Part shown: positions 9,267 through 18,387 of the stretch, in pieces
Layout: every line of letters starts with the position of its first letter
Position numbering within the stretch: the stretch's first letter is position 1
Assembly (NCBI GenBank): GCA_016203455.1
Contig: JACQMR010000014.1
Span: 6,138-70,137, forward strand
Length of the DNA: 64,000 bases
Source: Candidatus Wildermuthbacteria bacterium
GTDB taxonomy: Bacteria > Patescibacteriota > Minisyncoccia > Minisyncoccales > UBA10102
Direction of reading: 5' to 3'
The notes under the pieces: generated by a model
What the model was told of the DNA's origin: nothing
The model's database searches: none
Seen by the model: the letters and a program-made list of their open reading frames with translations, nothing else
Translations under genes and position numbers: made by a program

Positions 9267-9350
9267 GCCCGGGTGTCGGAACTGGCAGACGAGGGGGACT
9301 TAAAATCCCGTGACCGCAAGGTCGTGTGGGTTCAAATCCCACCCCGGGCA
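9267..9350 (+). tRNA. tRNA-Leu(TAA)
   Basis: GCCCGGG/CCCGGGC acceptor, anticodon TAA, long variable arm. Confidence 0.95.
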
Positions 9351-9353
9351 CAA

Positions 9354-9386
9354 AAAAACAGTCCGCCGTTGAGGCGGACTGTTTTT
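9354..9386. terminator. Bidirectional intrinsic terminator
   Basis: AAAAACAGTCCGCC-gttga-GGCGGACTGTTTTT. Confidence 0.8.
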
Positions 9387-9408
9387 GTTCAAATGTCCTA
9401 TGGTTGTC

Positions 9409-9912
9409 CTAGTCCTCCAGCACCTCAATATGGGTATCTTTTGCTCCAAATTCTTTGGCTTGTTCGTAGTTTGAGAACCAGACATCCACCATGTACTGTT
9501 TTCTCGGGTGCATGCGGTCTTCAACGACAAACACTTTTTCTCCGTATACTTCGGGCAACCTTATCTTTGTGCCAAAAGGGAGGAAGTTTGCCGCCACAAT
9601 TCCGTCTCGCACAAGTGTTCCGGATGCCGTAATGAACGGGGTGTCGTCTGTTTGTTCGGGCGTTGAGGAATATCCGGTCGCTATGATGTGTATGACTCGC
9701 TCCACGCGTTTGGGCGTGTCAAGGAGAGATACCGCCACCAACGCTCCCTGGGAGAAGATAAGCTCTTCCCCATGCGTTGTTTGAAAAAATGAAGTTGCGA
9801 TTTCTGTCCTGGGAGACGGATCCCCTGCCGTTTCCGGCGCTTGAGCGGGAGAGAGCAGGGTGCCAAACATGGCTATTCCTGCAAGCATATTGCGCGTATT
9901 GCTTTGTTTCAT
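9409..9912 (-). CDS. 3D-domain (MltA-like) cell-wall protein with signal peptide
   Basis: ATGYSS...TDDTPFITASG...VAANFLPFGTKI...VEDRM...VDVWF. Confidence 0.85.
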   Translation of the reverse strand: MKQSNTRNMLAGIAMFGTLLSPAQAPETAGDPSPRTEIATSFFQTTHGEELIFSQGALVAVSLLDTPKRVERVIHIIATGYSSTPEQTDDTPFITASGTLVRDGIVAANFLPFGTKIRLPEVYGEKVFVVEDRMHPRKQYMVDVWFSNYEQAKEFGAKDTHIEVLED

Positions 9913-10110
9913 AAAAATATACCCTTTTCAGGGTATGGACATAAGTATACTATAGTTAGGACAAAAAGTCAAGAGCGGTCATTGATAGGACATCAATGCC
10001 TGGTATGGGGTGTTTGGAATTCTCCACAGCGGTTATTTGACACGGGTTTTCCGAATGATAAAATACAAAGTGCGCGAAGGATTTTTCTTGTATGGTTTTT
10101 GATAATCTGT

Positions 10111-10126
10111 ATACAATCTGTTGATT
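10111..10126 (+). promoter_or_regulatory. Possible NrdR box
   Basis: ATACAATCTGTTGATT partly matches the acaCwAtATaTwGtgt consensus and lies just upstream of nrdR-nrdJ. Confidence 0.35.
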
Positions 10127-10135
10127 TGATATGGC

Positions 10136-10591
10136 ATGAAATGTCCTGTTTGCAGAAAGGAAACGCAGGTGACAAATTCCAGATCGGCCGATCAGGAGCG
10201 CGCCATTAAGCGCCGAAGGGTATGTTTGGCTTGTAAGCGCAGATTCACCACATACGAACGGATAGAATTATTCGGGTTGGAGGTTCAGAAGCGCGACGGT
10301 TCCAGGGAACCCTACGCCCGCCATAAGCTGGAATTGGGCCTCCGAAAGGCCTTGGAGAAACGGCCGGTATCAGAGGAGCAGTTCCAGAAGATGGTTGCCA
10401 TGATTGAGAATGATATTTTCAATTTGGAAAAAGAAGCCGTCTCTTCAGAGGAAATCGGGCATAGTGTTCTTTCGCGTCTTCAAGATGTTGATAAGGTTGC
10501 GTATTTGAGATTTGCTTCCGTGCACCGTAATTTCAGGAGTCCAAAAGCGTTTGAGAAAGAGATTCAAAAGTTAGAAAAATCAGGTCGTTAA
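10136..10591 (+). CDS. nrdR: Transcriptional repressor NrdR
   Basis: MKCPVC...RRRVCLACKRRFTTYERIE zinc ribbon, ATP cone, VAYLRFASV. Confidence 0.97.
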   Translation: MKCPVCRKETQVTNSRSADQERAIKRRRVCLACKRRFTTYERIELFGLEVQKRDGSREPYARHKLELGLRKALEKRPVSEEQFQKMVAMIENDIFNLEKEAVSSEEIGHSVLSRLQDVDKVAYLRFASVHRNFRSPKAFEKEIQKLEKSGR

Positions 10592-10632
10592 TTCCATTTA
10601 TTAGCCCCGCGCGCGGGGCATCCCTCTCGCTT

Positions 10633-13062
10633 ATGCTCAAACTCTCAAAGAAGGAAAAAGAATCCGTAAACAGCCGGTTTTCAGAGAACGCGCTCAAGAT
10701 GATGAAGAAGCGTTATCTCGCCCAAGATCGGGAGGGAAATCCAGAAACCCCGGCGGATATGTTTTTGAGAGTCGCGAATTCCATAGCTGAAGTTGAAAAA
10801 AAATACGGGAAAGACGAACGGGCCGCGGAGGCGGTTGCGCGGGATTTTTTTGATGTTATGGCGAGCAAGGAATATACCCCGGCTGGGCGCACGCTCACGA
10901 ACGCGGGGTCTGACACCCCGCTTATCGCCAACTGCATTGTTCTGCCCATTCATGACTCCATGGAGAGCATTTTTCAGACATTGCGAGACGCCGCCCTGCT
11001 CCAGCAGGCGGGATCCGGTTTGGGTTTTGACTTGTCTGAAATGCGTCCGGCCGACTACCCCACGAAGAAGTCGCGCGGAAAAGCGTCCGGACCCGTTTCT
11101 TTCTTAAAGGTGTATGACGCGGCCTTCGCGACCATAAAACAGCAGGGCCGGCACGGGGCAAATATGGCCATGATGCGCGTTGATCATCCCGATGTTTTGG
11201 ACTTTATCACCGCGAAAACCGTGGAGGGGGAGCTTCGCAATTTTAATATCTCCGTCACGGTGACGGACGAGTTCATGGAACAGCTCCAGAAGAATCCCGA
11301 CAAACAGTGGTACTGCTCGTTTAACGGCAAAAAGGTAAAGCCGCGAAAAGTGTTTCGCCATCCCAATGGAGCGGTGGACAGGGCCGAAGACATGGAGATC
11401 ACCGCTCAAGAACTTTTTGATAAAATTGTGGATTACGCCTGGTTAAACGGAGAGCCGGGTATTGCCTTTATAGACACCATTAACCGCACCAATCCGTTGC
11501 CGGATATGGGTCCCATAGCGTGTTCCAACCCTTGCGGCGAACAGTTTTTGCACCCGTATGATAATTGCAATTTGGGATCCATTAACCTTGCGTTGTTCGT
11601 AAAGGACAAGAAAGTGGACTGGAAGCGGCTGAAGTTTGTTACCCGTTCTGCAACCCGGCTTATGGATAATGTGATTGATAAGTTTGATTTTCCCGTTCAG
11701 CAGGTAACGGATCTTGCCATGAACAACAGAAGAATCGGTTTGGGCATTATGGGGTTCGCGGATATGCTGTACCAAATGGGCGTGCGGTACGACTCCAAAG
11801 AAGGATTCGCCACGGCGGAAAGAGTAATGGGATTCATCAACAAGGAGGCATACGGCATGTCTCAAGAGCTGGCGAAAGAAAAGGGTTCCTTCCCTAACTA
11901 TGAAAAAAGCGTGTTCGCCAAAAAGAAAGCTCCGCACGCCACAGCTCAAGAGTGGGGCATTGGAAAGCCCATGAGAAACGCCGCGCTGACAACCGTTGCT
12001 CCCACAGGGTCAATTTCCATGATGTTTGATGTGTCTTCCGGCATTGAGCCAAATTTCGCGCTGGCGTATATCAAACAAGATAAGGACGGCTTGCAATACA
12101 AGTATTTCAACTCGCATTTTAAAAAGTCGCTTGACGCCCTGAAGTTCTCCAAAGAAGAGCAGGAGAGCATCTTAAAGGAGGTTATTGATAAAGGCACCAT
12201 TCAGCATTTGGAATATCTGCCCAAAGAATTGCGCGAGACATTTGTGGTTGCCATGGATATTTCGGGGCTCAATCACATGAAAATGCAGGCCGCGTTTCAG
12301 AAGCATGTGGACAATTCAATTTCCAAGACCGTGAACTTTCCCAACTCTGCCACCAAAGAAGAGATTGCCGACACTTTTGTTCAGGCCTGGCGCATGGGAT
12401 GCAAGGCGTGCACGGTGTACAGGGATGGCAGCAGGGTTATTCAGATTCTCAATGTGGGAACCGGAGAGAATATCATTGCTCCAACCGAAACCCCGGTTAA
12501 AGGATTGAAAGAAAAAGAAGTTCCGATGGTGCCGCAAATTGGGACTCCCCGTCCCAGACCGGAGATTATGTCCGGCAAGACCTATCGCATTAAAACCGGA
12601 TACGGAAAGCTGTATATCACCATTAACAATGATGAAAAGGGCGTGCCGTTTGAAGTGTTTGCCACCATTGGAAAATCAGGCGGATTCTTTCAGGAGCAAT
12701 CAGAGGCGATTTGTCGTTTAATCTCGCTTTCTTTGAGATCGGGCGTGAGGCCTCAAGAAGTAGTTGGCCACTTGAAAGGAATCAGAGGCCCCATGCCGGT
12801 CTTTACCGACAAAGGCACCGTACTTTCTTTGCCGGATGCCTTGGGTAGAACTTTGGAACAGCACATAGGAGCGGTGACTCAAGTAGAAGATGTGCTTGCC
12901 CGGCCTGAAAAGCAGGAAGTACTCCCGTTCGCGGGCGCGGGAGAAAAAATAGATATGGCGGATTTTGGTTTTATGCCAGGATGCCCGGAGTGCGGTTCGC
13001 AACTGGTCATGCAGGAAGGATGCATTTCATGCAAGAGTTGCGGGTTTAGCAGATGCAGTTGA
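10633..13062 (+). CDS. nrdJ: Class II adenosylcobalamin-dependent ribonucleotide reductase with C-terminal TSCPD and Zn-ribbon domains
   Basis: SNPCGEQ, CNLGSINL, VAPTGSIS and VYRDGSR motifs; TGYGKLYITIN TSCPD domain; CPECG...CKSCG. Confidence 0.93.
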   Translation: MLKLSKKEKESVNSRFSENALKMMKKRYLAQDREGNPETPADMFLRVANSIAEVEKKYGKDERAAEAVARDFFDVMASKEYTPAGRTLTNAGSDTPLIANCIVLPIHDSMESIFQTLRDAALLQQAGSGLGFDLSEMRPADYPTKKSRGKASGPVSFLKVYDAAFATIKQQGRHGANMAMMRVDHPDVLDFITAKTVEGELRNFNISVTVTDEFMEQLQKNPDKQWYCSFNGKKVKPRKVFRHPNGAVDRAEDMEITAQELFDKIVDYAWLNGEPGIAFIDTINRTNPLPDMGPIACSNPCGEQFLHPYDNCNLGSINLALFVKDKKVDWKRLKFVTRSATRLMDNVIDKFDFPVQQVTDLAMNNRRIGLGIMGFADMLYQMGVRYDSKEGFATAERVMGFINKEAYGMSQELAKEKGSFPNYEKSVFAKKKAPHATAQEWGIGKPMRNAALTTVAPTGSISMMFDVSSGIEPNFALAYIKQDKDGLQYKYFNSHFKKSLDALKFSKEEQESILKEVIDKGTIQHLEYLPKELRETFVVAMDISGLNHMKMQAAFQKHVDNSISKTVNFPNSATKEEIADTFVQAWRMGCKACTVYRDGSRVIQILNVGTGENIIAPTETPVKGLKEKEVPMVPQIGTPRPRPEIMSGKTYRIKTGYGKLYITINNDEKGVPFEVFATIGKSGGFFQEQSEAICRLISLSLRSGVRPQEVVGHLKGIRGPMPVFTDKGTVLSLPDALGRTLEQHIGAVTQVEDVLARPEKQEVLPFAGAGEKIDMADFGFMPGCPECGSQLVMQEGCISCKSCGFSRCS

Positions 13063-13066
13063 ACGA

Positions 13067-13609
13067 ATGGGCTTTTTCTATACAGGCAAAGGGGACGCCG
13101 GGCAGTCGCTGATTGGCGGTAAAAAATACCCCAAAGACTCTCCCATTGTTATGGCTTTGGGGGACCTGGATGAGCTGAATTCTTTTTTGGGATTGGCACG
13201 AAGTTCTTGCGAGTCAAAGACGCTAAACAAAAAATTGTTTGCGGTTCAAGAAGATCTCTTTATCATTCAAGCGCGGGTTGCCTGGCTTATGTTCCAAAAG
13301 TTCCGGGCCCCGCAGATGACCCAAGAGAAGGTGAGCATGCTTGAGCAAGCGATTGAGGAGATGGAAAAACAGATTGACCCTGAACGCGGCTTTGTTGTTC
13401 CGGGCGAGCACGCGGTTTCTGCGTGGCTGGATGTTGCCAGGGCTGTCTCCAGAAGGGCGGAACGCAGTATTGTCGCCCTTTCTGGAAGGCGGAAAATTCC
13501 CCGGGAAATTCTTGCATACATGAACCGGCTCTCCAGTTATTTATACGCCTTGGCGAGAATGGAGATCGCGAAAGCAAAGATACGAGAACGAAAACCACAC
13601 TATCTGTAA
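13067..13609 (+). CDS. pduO: ATP:cob(I)alamin adenosyltransferase (PduO type)
   Basis: FYTGKGDAG, GDLDELNSFLG, RAVSRRAER and YMNRLSSYLY motifs. Confidence 0.9.
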   Translation: MGFFYTGKGDAGQSLIGGKKYPKDSPIVMALGDLDELNSFLGLARSSCESKTLNKKLFAVQEDLFIIQARVAWLMFQKFRAPQMTQEKVSMLEQAIEEMEKQIDPERGFVVPGEHAVSAWLDVARAVSRRAERSIVALSGRRKIPREILAYMNRLSSYLYALARMEIAKAKIRERKPHYL

Positions 13610-13613
13610 TTGT

Positions 13614-14159
13614 ATGAAAGAAAAGGCATTTTGGATATTTTTGTTGGTTGCCGCGGCTGGGGCAATCGGAGCGCGCTTGCTTCCCCACCCGCCTAATTTT
13701 GCCGCTATTGGGGCTTTGGCCTTGTTCGCGGGGGTGTATGCCCCGCGGGGGGCAAGATGGGCTGTTTTTGCGCCATTGGGCGCGATGTTCGCGAGCGACC
13801 TCCTTCTTGGTTTTGATGAAGTCAGGGTAACGCTTTTTGTATACGGGAGTTTTCTTTTATATGGGTTGCTTGGGATGCTGGCAGGCACATATAAAGGGGC
13901 GTGGGGCAAGATTTCCGCGTGTCTGGGAGGATCTCTTTCTTTCTTTGTTATAACAAACTGGGCTGTCTGGGCGTTTTCTTCGCTCTACTCTCATACCGCA
14001 AGCGGTCTTTTGCTTTCATACGGCATGGCTCTTCCCTTTTTTAAGTATACTTTGCTTGGGGATATGTTTTTTTCCGCCGTGTTGTTTGGCGCGTATTATC
14101 TTGTTTTGAAATTATTGCCACAAAAGGGGATATTCAAAACTACATCGGTTGAGTTTTGA
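13614..14159 (+). CDS. Putative cobalamin transporter, ECF S-component-like (DUF6580/BtuM-like)
   Basis: RLLPHPPNFA...SDL...FFVITNWAVW...Y..ALPFF...GD motifs; about 6 TM helices; lies in a B12-related operon. Confidence 0.7.
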   Translation: MKEKAFWIFLLVAAAGAIGARLLPHPPNFAAIGALALFAGVYAPRGARWAVFAPLGAMFASDLLLGFDEVRVTLFVYGSFLLYGLLGMLAGTYKGAWGKISACLGGSLSFFVITNWAVWAFSSLYSHTASGLLLSYGMALPFFKYTLLGDMFFSAVLFGAYYLVLKLLPQKGIFKTTSVEF

Positions 14160-14202
14160 GATTTAAGAGGATAAAAACTAATCCCGGCTTAGTTTTGCGC
14201 GG

Positions 14203-14273
14203 AGCGGGTAAGGGGAATCGAACCCCTATACTCTGATTGGCAACCTGATGCACTACCACTGTGCTATACCCGC
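14203..14273 (-). tRNA. tRNA-Gly(GCC)
   Basis: Reverse complement GCGGGTATAGCACAGTGGTAGTGC...TTGCCAA...GGTTCGATTCCCC. Confidence 0.88.
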
Positions 14274-14281
14274 AATATCTG

Positions 14282-14353
14282 TGCCGCGGGAGTGAATTGA
14301 ACACTCGACGCCAGCCTCTTCAGGGCTGCGCTCTACCACTGAGCTACCGCGGC
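14282..14353 (-). tRNA. tRNA-Phe(GAA)
   Basis: Reverse complement GCCGCGGTAGCTCAG...CTGAAGA.... Confidence 0.93.
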
Positions 14354-14375
14354 CTGTTTATGGATTTCGTTCGTG

Positions 14376-14449
14376 TGGGCGGTATAGGATTCAAACCTAT
14401 GGCCTACTGTGTGTAAAACAGTCGCTCTAATCAGCTGAGCTAACCGCCC
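14376..14449 (-). tRNA. tRNA-Val(TAC)
   Basis: Reverse complement GGGCGGTTAGCTCAG...ACTGT-TTTACAC-ACAGT. Confidence 0.93.
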
Positions 14450-14548
14450 CTATCCGCCTCATTTCTATGAGGATTGTAGCACGGATAAAGAGAAAACGCC
14501 AGAGTGGATTAATCTGTTTTGAGCGTATCCGTTTTTTGAAAGGAGTGG

Positions 14549-15820
14549 TTACCAACCCAGGAAGAAAAACTCAAAGAGCCACACGCCAATGGCCGCAAAA
14601 AATCCAAGAAGGGCCGGTATAAAAGCAATGCGGAAATATTTCATAAAGGTGAGCTCTTTAACCATGCCCATGGCAATGACCCCCGCGGCAGAACCTATAA
14701 CCAGCAAAGATCCTCCGGTTCCTACGGTAAGGGCGAGGAGAATCCAAAGAGAATCAATCGGTGTGTGCATAATATCAATCGCGATCGCGGTAAGGGGAAT
14801 GTTGTCTACAATCGCCGAAAGCATGCCGAGGGCCGCGTTTGCTCCCACCATGCGCCAGAGCGAGGGTTCTTGTCCGTAGAGCATGTGCGAGACATTCTCC
14901 AGTACGCCAATCGCGTTAAGGGCCGAAACGGCAAGCAGTATTCCCATGAAAAACTTGATGGAGGCAATATCAATGCGCTTGATAAACTCTTCTATGCTTG
15001 CCTGAAGATGCGTGTGTCTTGGATTTTTGCCATGCTTTAGGAGATCAACCGTAAGCCATACTACTCCTAATCCAAAAAGGAGTCCCATATAGGGCGGCAA
15101 TCCCATTAAGCTTGCCGTGAGCGGCAGAAGGAAAGCGGCGAATGTTATGGCGATGACGAACTTTTCGGAAGGGTGAAGTTTTTGGACTATTTCAGTGGTA
15201 ATATCTTGCGTTTCTTTTTTTATAGTCCGGGCGATAAGGAACGCGGAAACCCCGAACAGGGCGAGAGCGGGAAGGAATGCCTTGTATATGATTTCAAGGG
15301 TTCCGAATTTTCCCGCCAGCCAGAGCATGATGGTGGTGATATCTCCAATGGGAGAGAACGATCCGCCCGCGTTCGCGGCAATAACCACAAGAACCACCGC
15401 TTTTAGCAGGTTTTGTCCTTTGAAAAATTTTGTGGAGATTTGCGTCATGACAATGGATGTGGTGAGGTTGTCAATAACCGCGGAAAGCAAAAATGCCGTA
15501 CCCCCCACAATAACAAGCTGGGCGCGCTCCCCTACTTTTAGGGCGAAAAGTTTGCCTCGTATGACATCAAAAAATCTGTAATGCAATAGAATCTCCACGA
15601 GAGACATGGCCGCGAGCAGGAATCCGATAAGGCCAAAGATTTCTCCTCCGGTTTCGGCTATCTCGTGGCCGAGAATTTCGGGTTTTGCAATCGCCACCAT
15701 GGTCCATAACACCGCCCCTGTGATAAGGGCGAATGCCGCCTTGCTTATTCTAAATGTGCTTTCCATGGCAATGCCGATATATCCTAAAACGAAAATGGCG
15801 GAAGCGATAAATGAGATCAT
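14549..15820 (-). CDS. nhaD: NhaD/ArsB-family Na+/H+ antiporter
   Basis: SAVIDNLTT, AANAGGSFSPIGDITT, SAIVDNIPL and GTGGSLLVIGSAAGV motifs. Confidence 0.85.
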   Translation of the reverse strand: MISFIASAIFVLGYIGIAMESTFRISKAAFALITGAVLWTMVAIAKPEILGHEIAETGGEIFGLIGFLLAAMSLVEILLHYRFFDVIRGKLFALKVGERAQLVIVGGTAFLLSAVIDNLTTSIVMTQISTKFFKGQNLLKAVVLVVIAANAGGSFSPIGDITTIMLWLAGKFGTLEIIYKAFLPALALFGVSAFLIARTIKKETQDITTEIVQKLHPSEKFVIAITFAAFLLPLTASLMGLPPYMGLLFGLGVVWLTVDLLKHGKNPRHTHLQASIEEFIKRIDIASIKFFMGILLAVSALNAIGVLENVSHMLYGQEPSLWRMVGANAALGMLSAIVDNIPLTAIAIDIMHTPIDSLWILLALTVGTGGSLLVIGSAAGVIAMGMVKELTFMKYFRIAFIPALLGFFAAIGVWLFEFFFLGW

Positions 15821-15985
15821 ATAGTTCTCTGTTTTTATTGATTTTGTTTTTTAACAAGGAAAACAGCATTCGCAAGCGATTGCGAGTTTCGGATTGTTGC
15901 GCCGTATTGAGTTGTAGCGTGAGCCGGAAAAACGGGATACTTTTTCATACAAAAACCGAGTGCGATGCAAAACCGAGCTGATACG

Positions 15986-16121
15986 CCGGTGGAGTACTCT
16001 TCACCGGTCTTGAGGTCATATAAGGAGAACAGGCAGTGCGCCGGTTACGCATCGCGCGTTTTCTTTTGAAAAAGCGGGATGCGTAACTGTCTCACATGCC
16101 GAGAGGACTCCTTATGTGGCC
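15986..16121. ncRNA. Candidate structured RNA (unassigned)
   Basis: Nested stems 16014-16027/16108-16121 and 16044-16053/16078-16087, plus hairpin 15986-16007, in an intergenic region of about 400 nt. Confidence 0.35.
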
Positions 16122-16237
16122 CGCGGGTCTTGAATTATCCTTGTTTATACTGCTTATTGATTACCGTATCGCGGGTAACAAAGCAACAATAGGATACCCA
16201 AGAAAGAATGTCAATCGCAGGATCAGTAAAAATAAAG

Positions 16238-16320
16238 TGCGCGAGAGAGGAGTTGAACCTCCACGAGCTTGCGCTCACTACCCCCTCAAAGTAGCGTGTC
16301 TGCCGTTTCACCACTCGCGC
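16238..16320 (-). tRNA. tRNA-Leu(GAG)
   Basis: Reverse complement GCGCGAGTGGTGAAACGGCAGACAC...TTGAGGG...; long variable arm. Confidence 0.93.
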
Positions 16321-16329
16321 AGGGGAATA

Positions 16330-16767
16330 TTAACCAGCAGAAAGTTCTTTTTCCGCGAGAGTATCATGCTCCGCAACGGGCTCTTCCGCGATCTGTTGTT
16401 TTTGCGGCGTTTCTATATTGAATTCTTTTGCCTTAAGGCGGGCGTTTTTCCCTTTGGCTTCCCGCAAATAGTAGAGCTTTGCTCTGCGCACTTTGGATCT
16501 TCGCATAATCTCAAATTTCTCTATCATGGGAGAATGCAAAGGGAAAATCCGCTCAACGCCTATGCCTTGGGAGATTTTTCGCACAGTGATTGTCGCTTCA
16601 ACTCCTTTGCCGTGTTTTCTGGCGAGAACAACTCCCTCAAACACTTGGATGCGCTCTTTGTCGCCTTCTTTGATTTTCTGGTGTACGCGAACAACATCTC
16701 CGGGCCGTGTTTCCGGGATGTCTTTTCGTATTGTGCTTGTTCTGACTGCCTCTAAAGCGTGTACCAT
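16330..16767 (-). CDS. rplS: 50S ribosomal protein L19
   Basis: [24 protein letters not shown]...GVERIFP...[10 protein letters not shown]. Confidence 0.97.
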   Translation of the reverse strand: MVHALEAVRTSTIRKDIPETRPGDVVRVHQKIKEGDKERIQVFEGVVLARKHGKGVEATITVRKISQGIGVERIFPLHSPMIEKFEIMRRSKVRRAKLYYLREAKGKNARLKAKEFNIETPQKQQIAEEPVAEHDTLAEKELSAG

Positions 16768-16808
16768 AACAGTATTAAGGGTATCACAGAGGCGGAGGAA
16801 TTGCAAGA

Positions 16809-17483
16809 TTATTCTGGCGATTCGGTGAGCAGAGAAAGAACGGCCCCAAGGTCTTTTGGGAGAGGGGCGGTGTAAGAAGTTTTCCCGGGAATGGTTATGG
16901 AAATCGCATGCAGAAATTGTCTTTCCAGTCCCGTGGGCGGTTTGTTGCCCTTAAAGCCGTACAGCGCGTCCCCCGCCAAAGGGAATCCTTTGTGAGCCAG
17001 ATGAGCCCGTATTTGGTGTTTTCTGCCTGTCTTGGGAAACAGGCGCAGAAGCGTGAACCCTTCCGCGTAGCGTTTTTGAACTTCATACTCGGTAACCGCG
17101 TCTCTGGCGGTTTCGTATCCTTCCTGTCCCAAGAGAAATCCCCTTTGCTTTCTGCGGTCTGCCGGAGATCTATTGAGCCGGGCATCCATGAGTCCCCCGG
17201 GTTCTCGCATGATTCCGTGCGCCAAAGCAATATATTCTTTTTGTATCTCTCTGTTTTTGAATTGCGCCTGTAGCAGTTCCAAAGATTCTTTGTTTTTTGC
17301 CACAAGCAAAACGCCCGAAGTGTCTTTGTCTAGGCGATGAGCGATGCCGTATCGTAATTCCGGCCCAAAGATATTAAGCTCGGGGCGCTCTTTTGCAAGC
17401 GTGGGCCCCAGGGCTTCAATATCCAAGCCAGCCGGTTTATCCACAACCAGCAAATCCGCATCTTCGTGGAGTATGGGTATCAT
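16809..17483 (-). CDS. RluA/RluD-family pseudouridine synthase
   Basis: [25 protein letters not shown] and QFLHA motifs. Confidence 0.93.
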   Translation of the reverse strand: MIPILHEDADLLVVDKPAGLDIEALGPTLAKERPELNIFGPELRYGIAHRLDKDTSGVLLVAKNKESLELLQAQFKNREIQKEYIALAHGIMREPGGLMDARLNRSPADRRKQRGFLLGQEGYETARDAVTEYEVQKRYAEGFTLLRLFPKTGRKHQIRAHLAHKGFPLAGDALYGFKGNKPPTGLERQFLHAISITIPGKTSYTAPLPKDLGAVLSLLTESPE

Positions 17484-17489
17484 GTCAAG

Positions 17490-17563
17490 TGGGCGGTACA
17501 GGGGTCGAACCTGTTACCTTCACAATGTCAATGTGACGCTCTAACCAGTTGAGCTAACCGCCC
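17490..17563 (-). tRNA. tRNA-Val(GAC)
   Basis: Reverse complement GGGCGGTTAGCTCAAC...TCACA-TTGACAT-TGTGA. Confidence 0.93.
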
Positions 17564-17570
17564 TTTTGTT

Positions 17571-17646
17571 TGGTGGGCCAGAAGGGATTCGAACCCCCAA
17601 CCACCCGGATATAAGCCGGATGCGCTAACCGTTGCGCCACTGGCCC
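17571..17646 (-). tRNA. tRNA-Ile(TAT), with encoded CCA
   Basis: Reverse complement GGGCCAGTGGCGCAAC...TCCGG-CTTATAT-CCGGG...GGTTCGAATCCC...ACCA. Confidence 0.88.
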
Positions 17647-17649
17647 TTG

Positions 17650-18312
17650 TCATTTTACGCTATTATGGATTACTTTGATGCTCATTGCGACTACCTCCGC
17701 AAGTTTTGTATTGTACGCAATTACATTGCATGTGCCATGTCCAAAACTTCCTTTGTGATTGATGCGTTTTTGCAAACTTTCTTTAAAATAAGGAGTAGTA
17801 AACTGGGCTTGGGGGATATTGAGTATCGTTGCCCAATACTCAATTTCTTTTTTAGCTGTCATGTCTCTGTATAGCTGGAGTCTTATCTTTATTTTTTCTT
17901 TTGGAACGCACAGAGCCTGCGTTAGCCAGCAGATATAAAATCTAATCATCCCGGGGTCTGTGTTTGACAGAATGATGCTGTTGGTTTGCGATTTACTTCC
18001 TTCTCCCCAATGTAGACAGAGTCCGCTCAACAGGAGTTCTCGTGTGCTTAAGGGAAGAAGATATTTTTTCTGCGCGGAGTAAATCGTTTCTAATCTTTCT
18101 TCTCGTTTACCGCGCATTGTTGCGCGAAACCTTTCAATTCTTTGTTCATTCCAATCACGCAGTTCTCGGATCCTTTCTTTTGATAAGGGATAGTTCCGTA
18201 ACCATATACTTAATGTACCCTTGCTTACTCCTAATATTTTTTTGATTTGACTATAGCTTTCTCCTTGTTGCCTTCGTCGCAACGCTTCTTCGCGTTCTTT
18301 AAGTTTGGCCAT
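17650..18312 (-). CDS. HTH + LAGLIDADG-like domain protein
   Basis: SYSQIKKILGVSKGTLSIWL HTH; LSGLCLHWGEGSK...SNTDP resembles a LAGLIDADG helix. Confidence 0.6.
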   Translation of the reverse strand: MAKLKEREEALRRRQQGESYSQIKKILGVSKGTLSIWLRNYPLSKERIRELRDWNEQRIERFRATMRGKREERLETIYSAQKKYLLPLSTRELLLSGLCLHWGEGSKSQTNSIILSNTDPGMIRFYICWLTQALCVPKEKIKIRLQLYRDMTAKKEIEYWATILNIPQAQFTTPYFKESLQKRINHKGSFGHGTCNVIAYNTKLAEVVAMSIKVIHNSVK

Positions 18313-18387
18313 AGATGAACCAATGAATTAGGAAGTTCTCAAGGCAGTTCACTAGTTTAATATAGCAAAAAGATTCTCAAAGAGCAA

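Noticed and set aside
10633-13062. Intein or intron in nrdJ (also checked gyrA)
   Set aside because: Lengths are ordinary, and no intein C/HN junction motifs or frame interruptions were seen.
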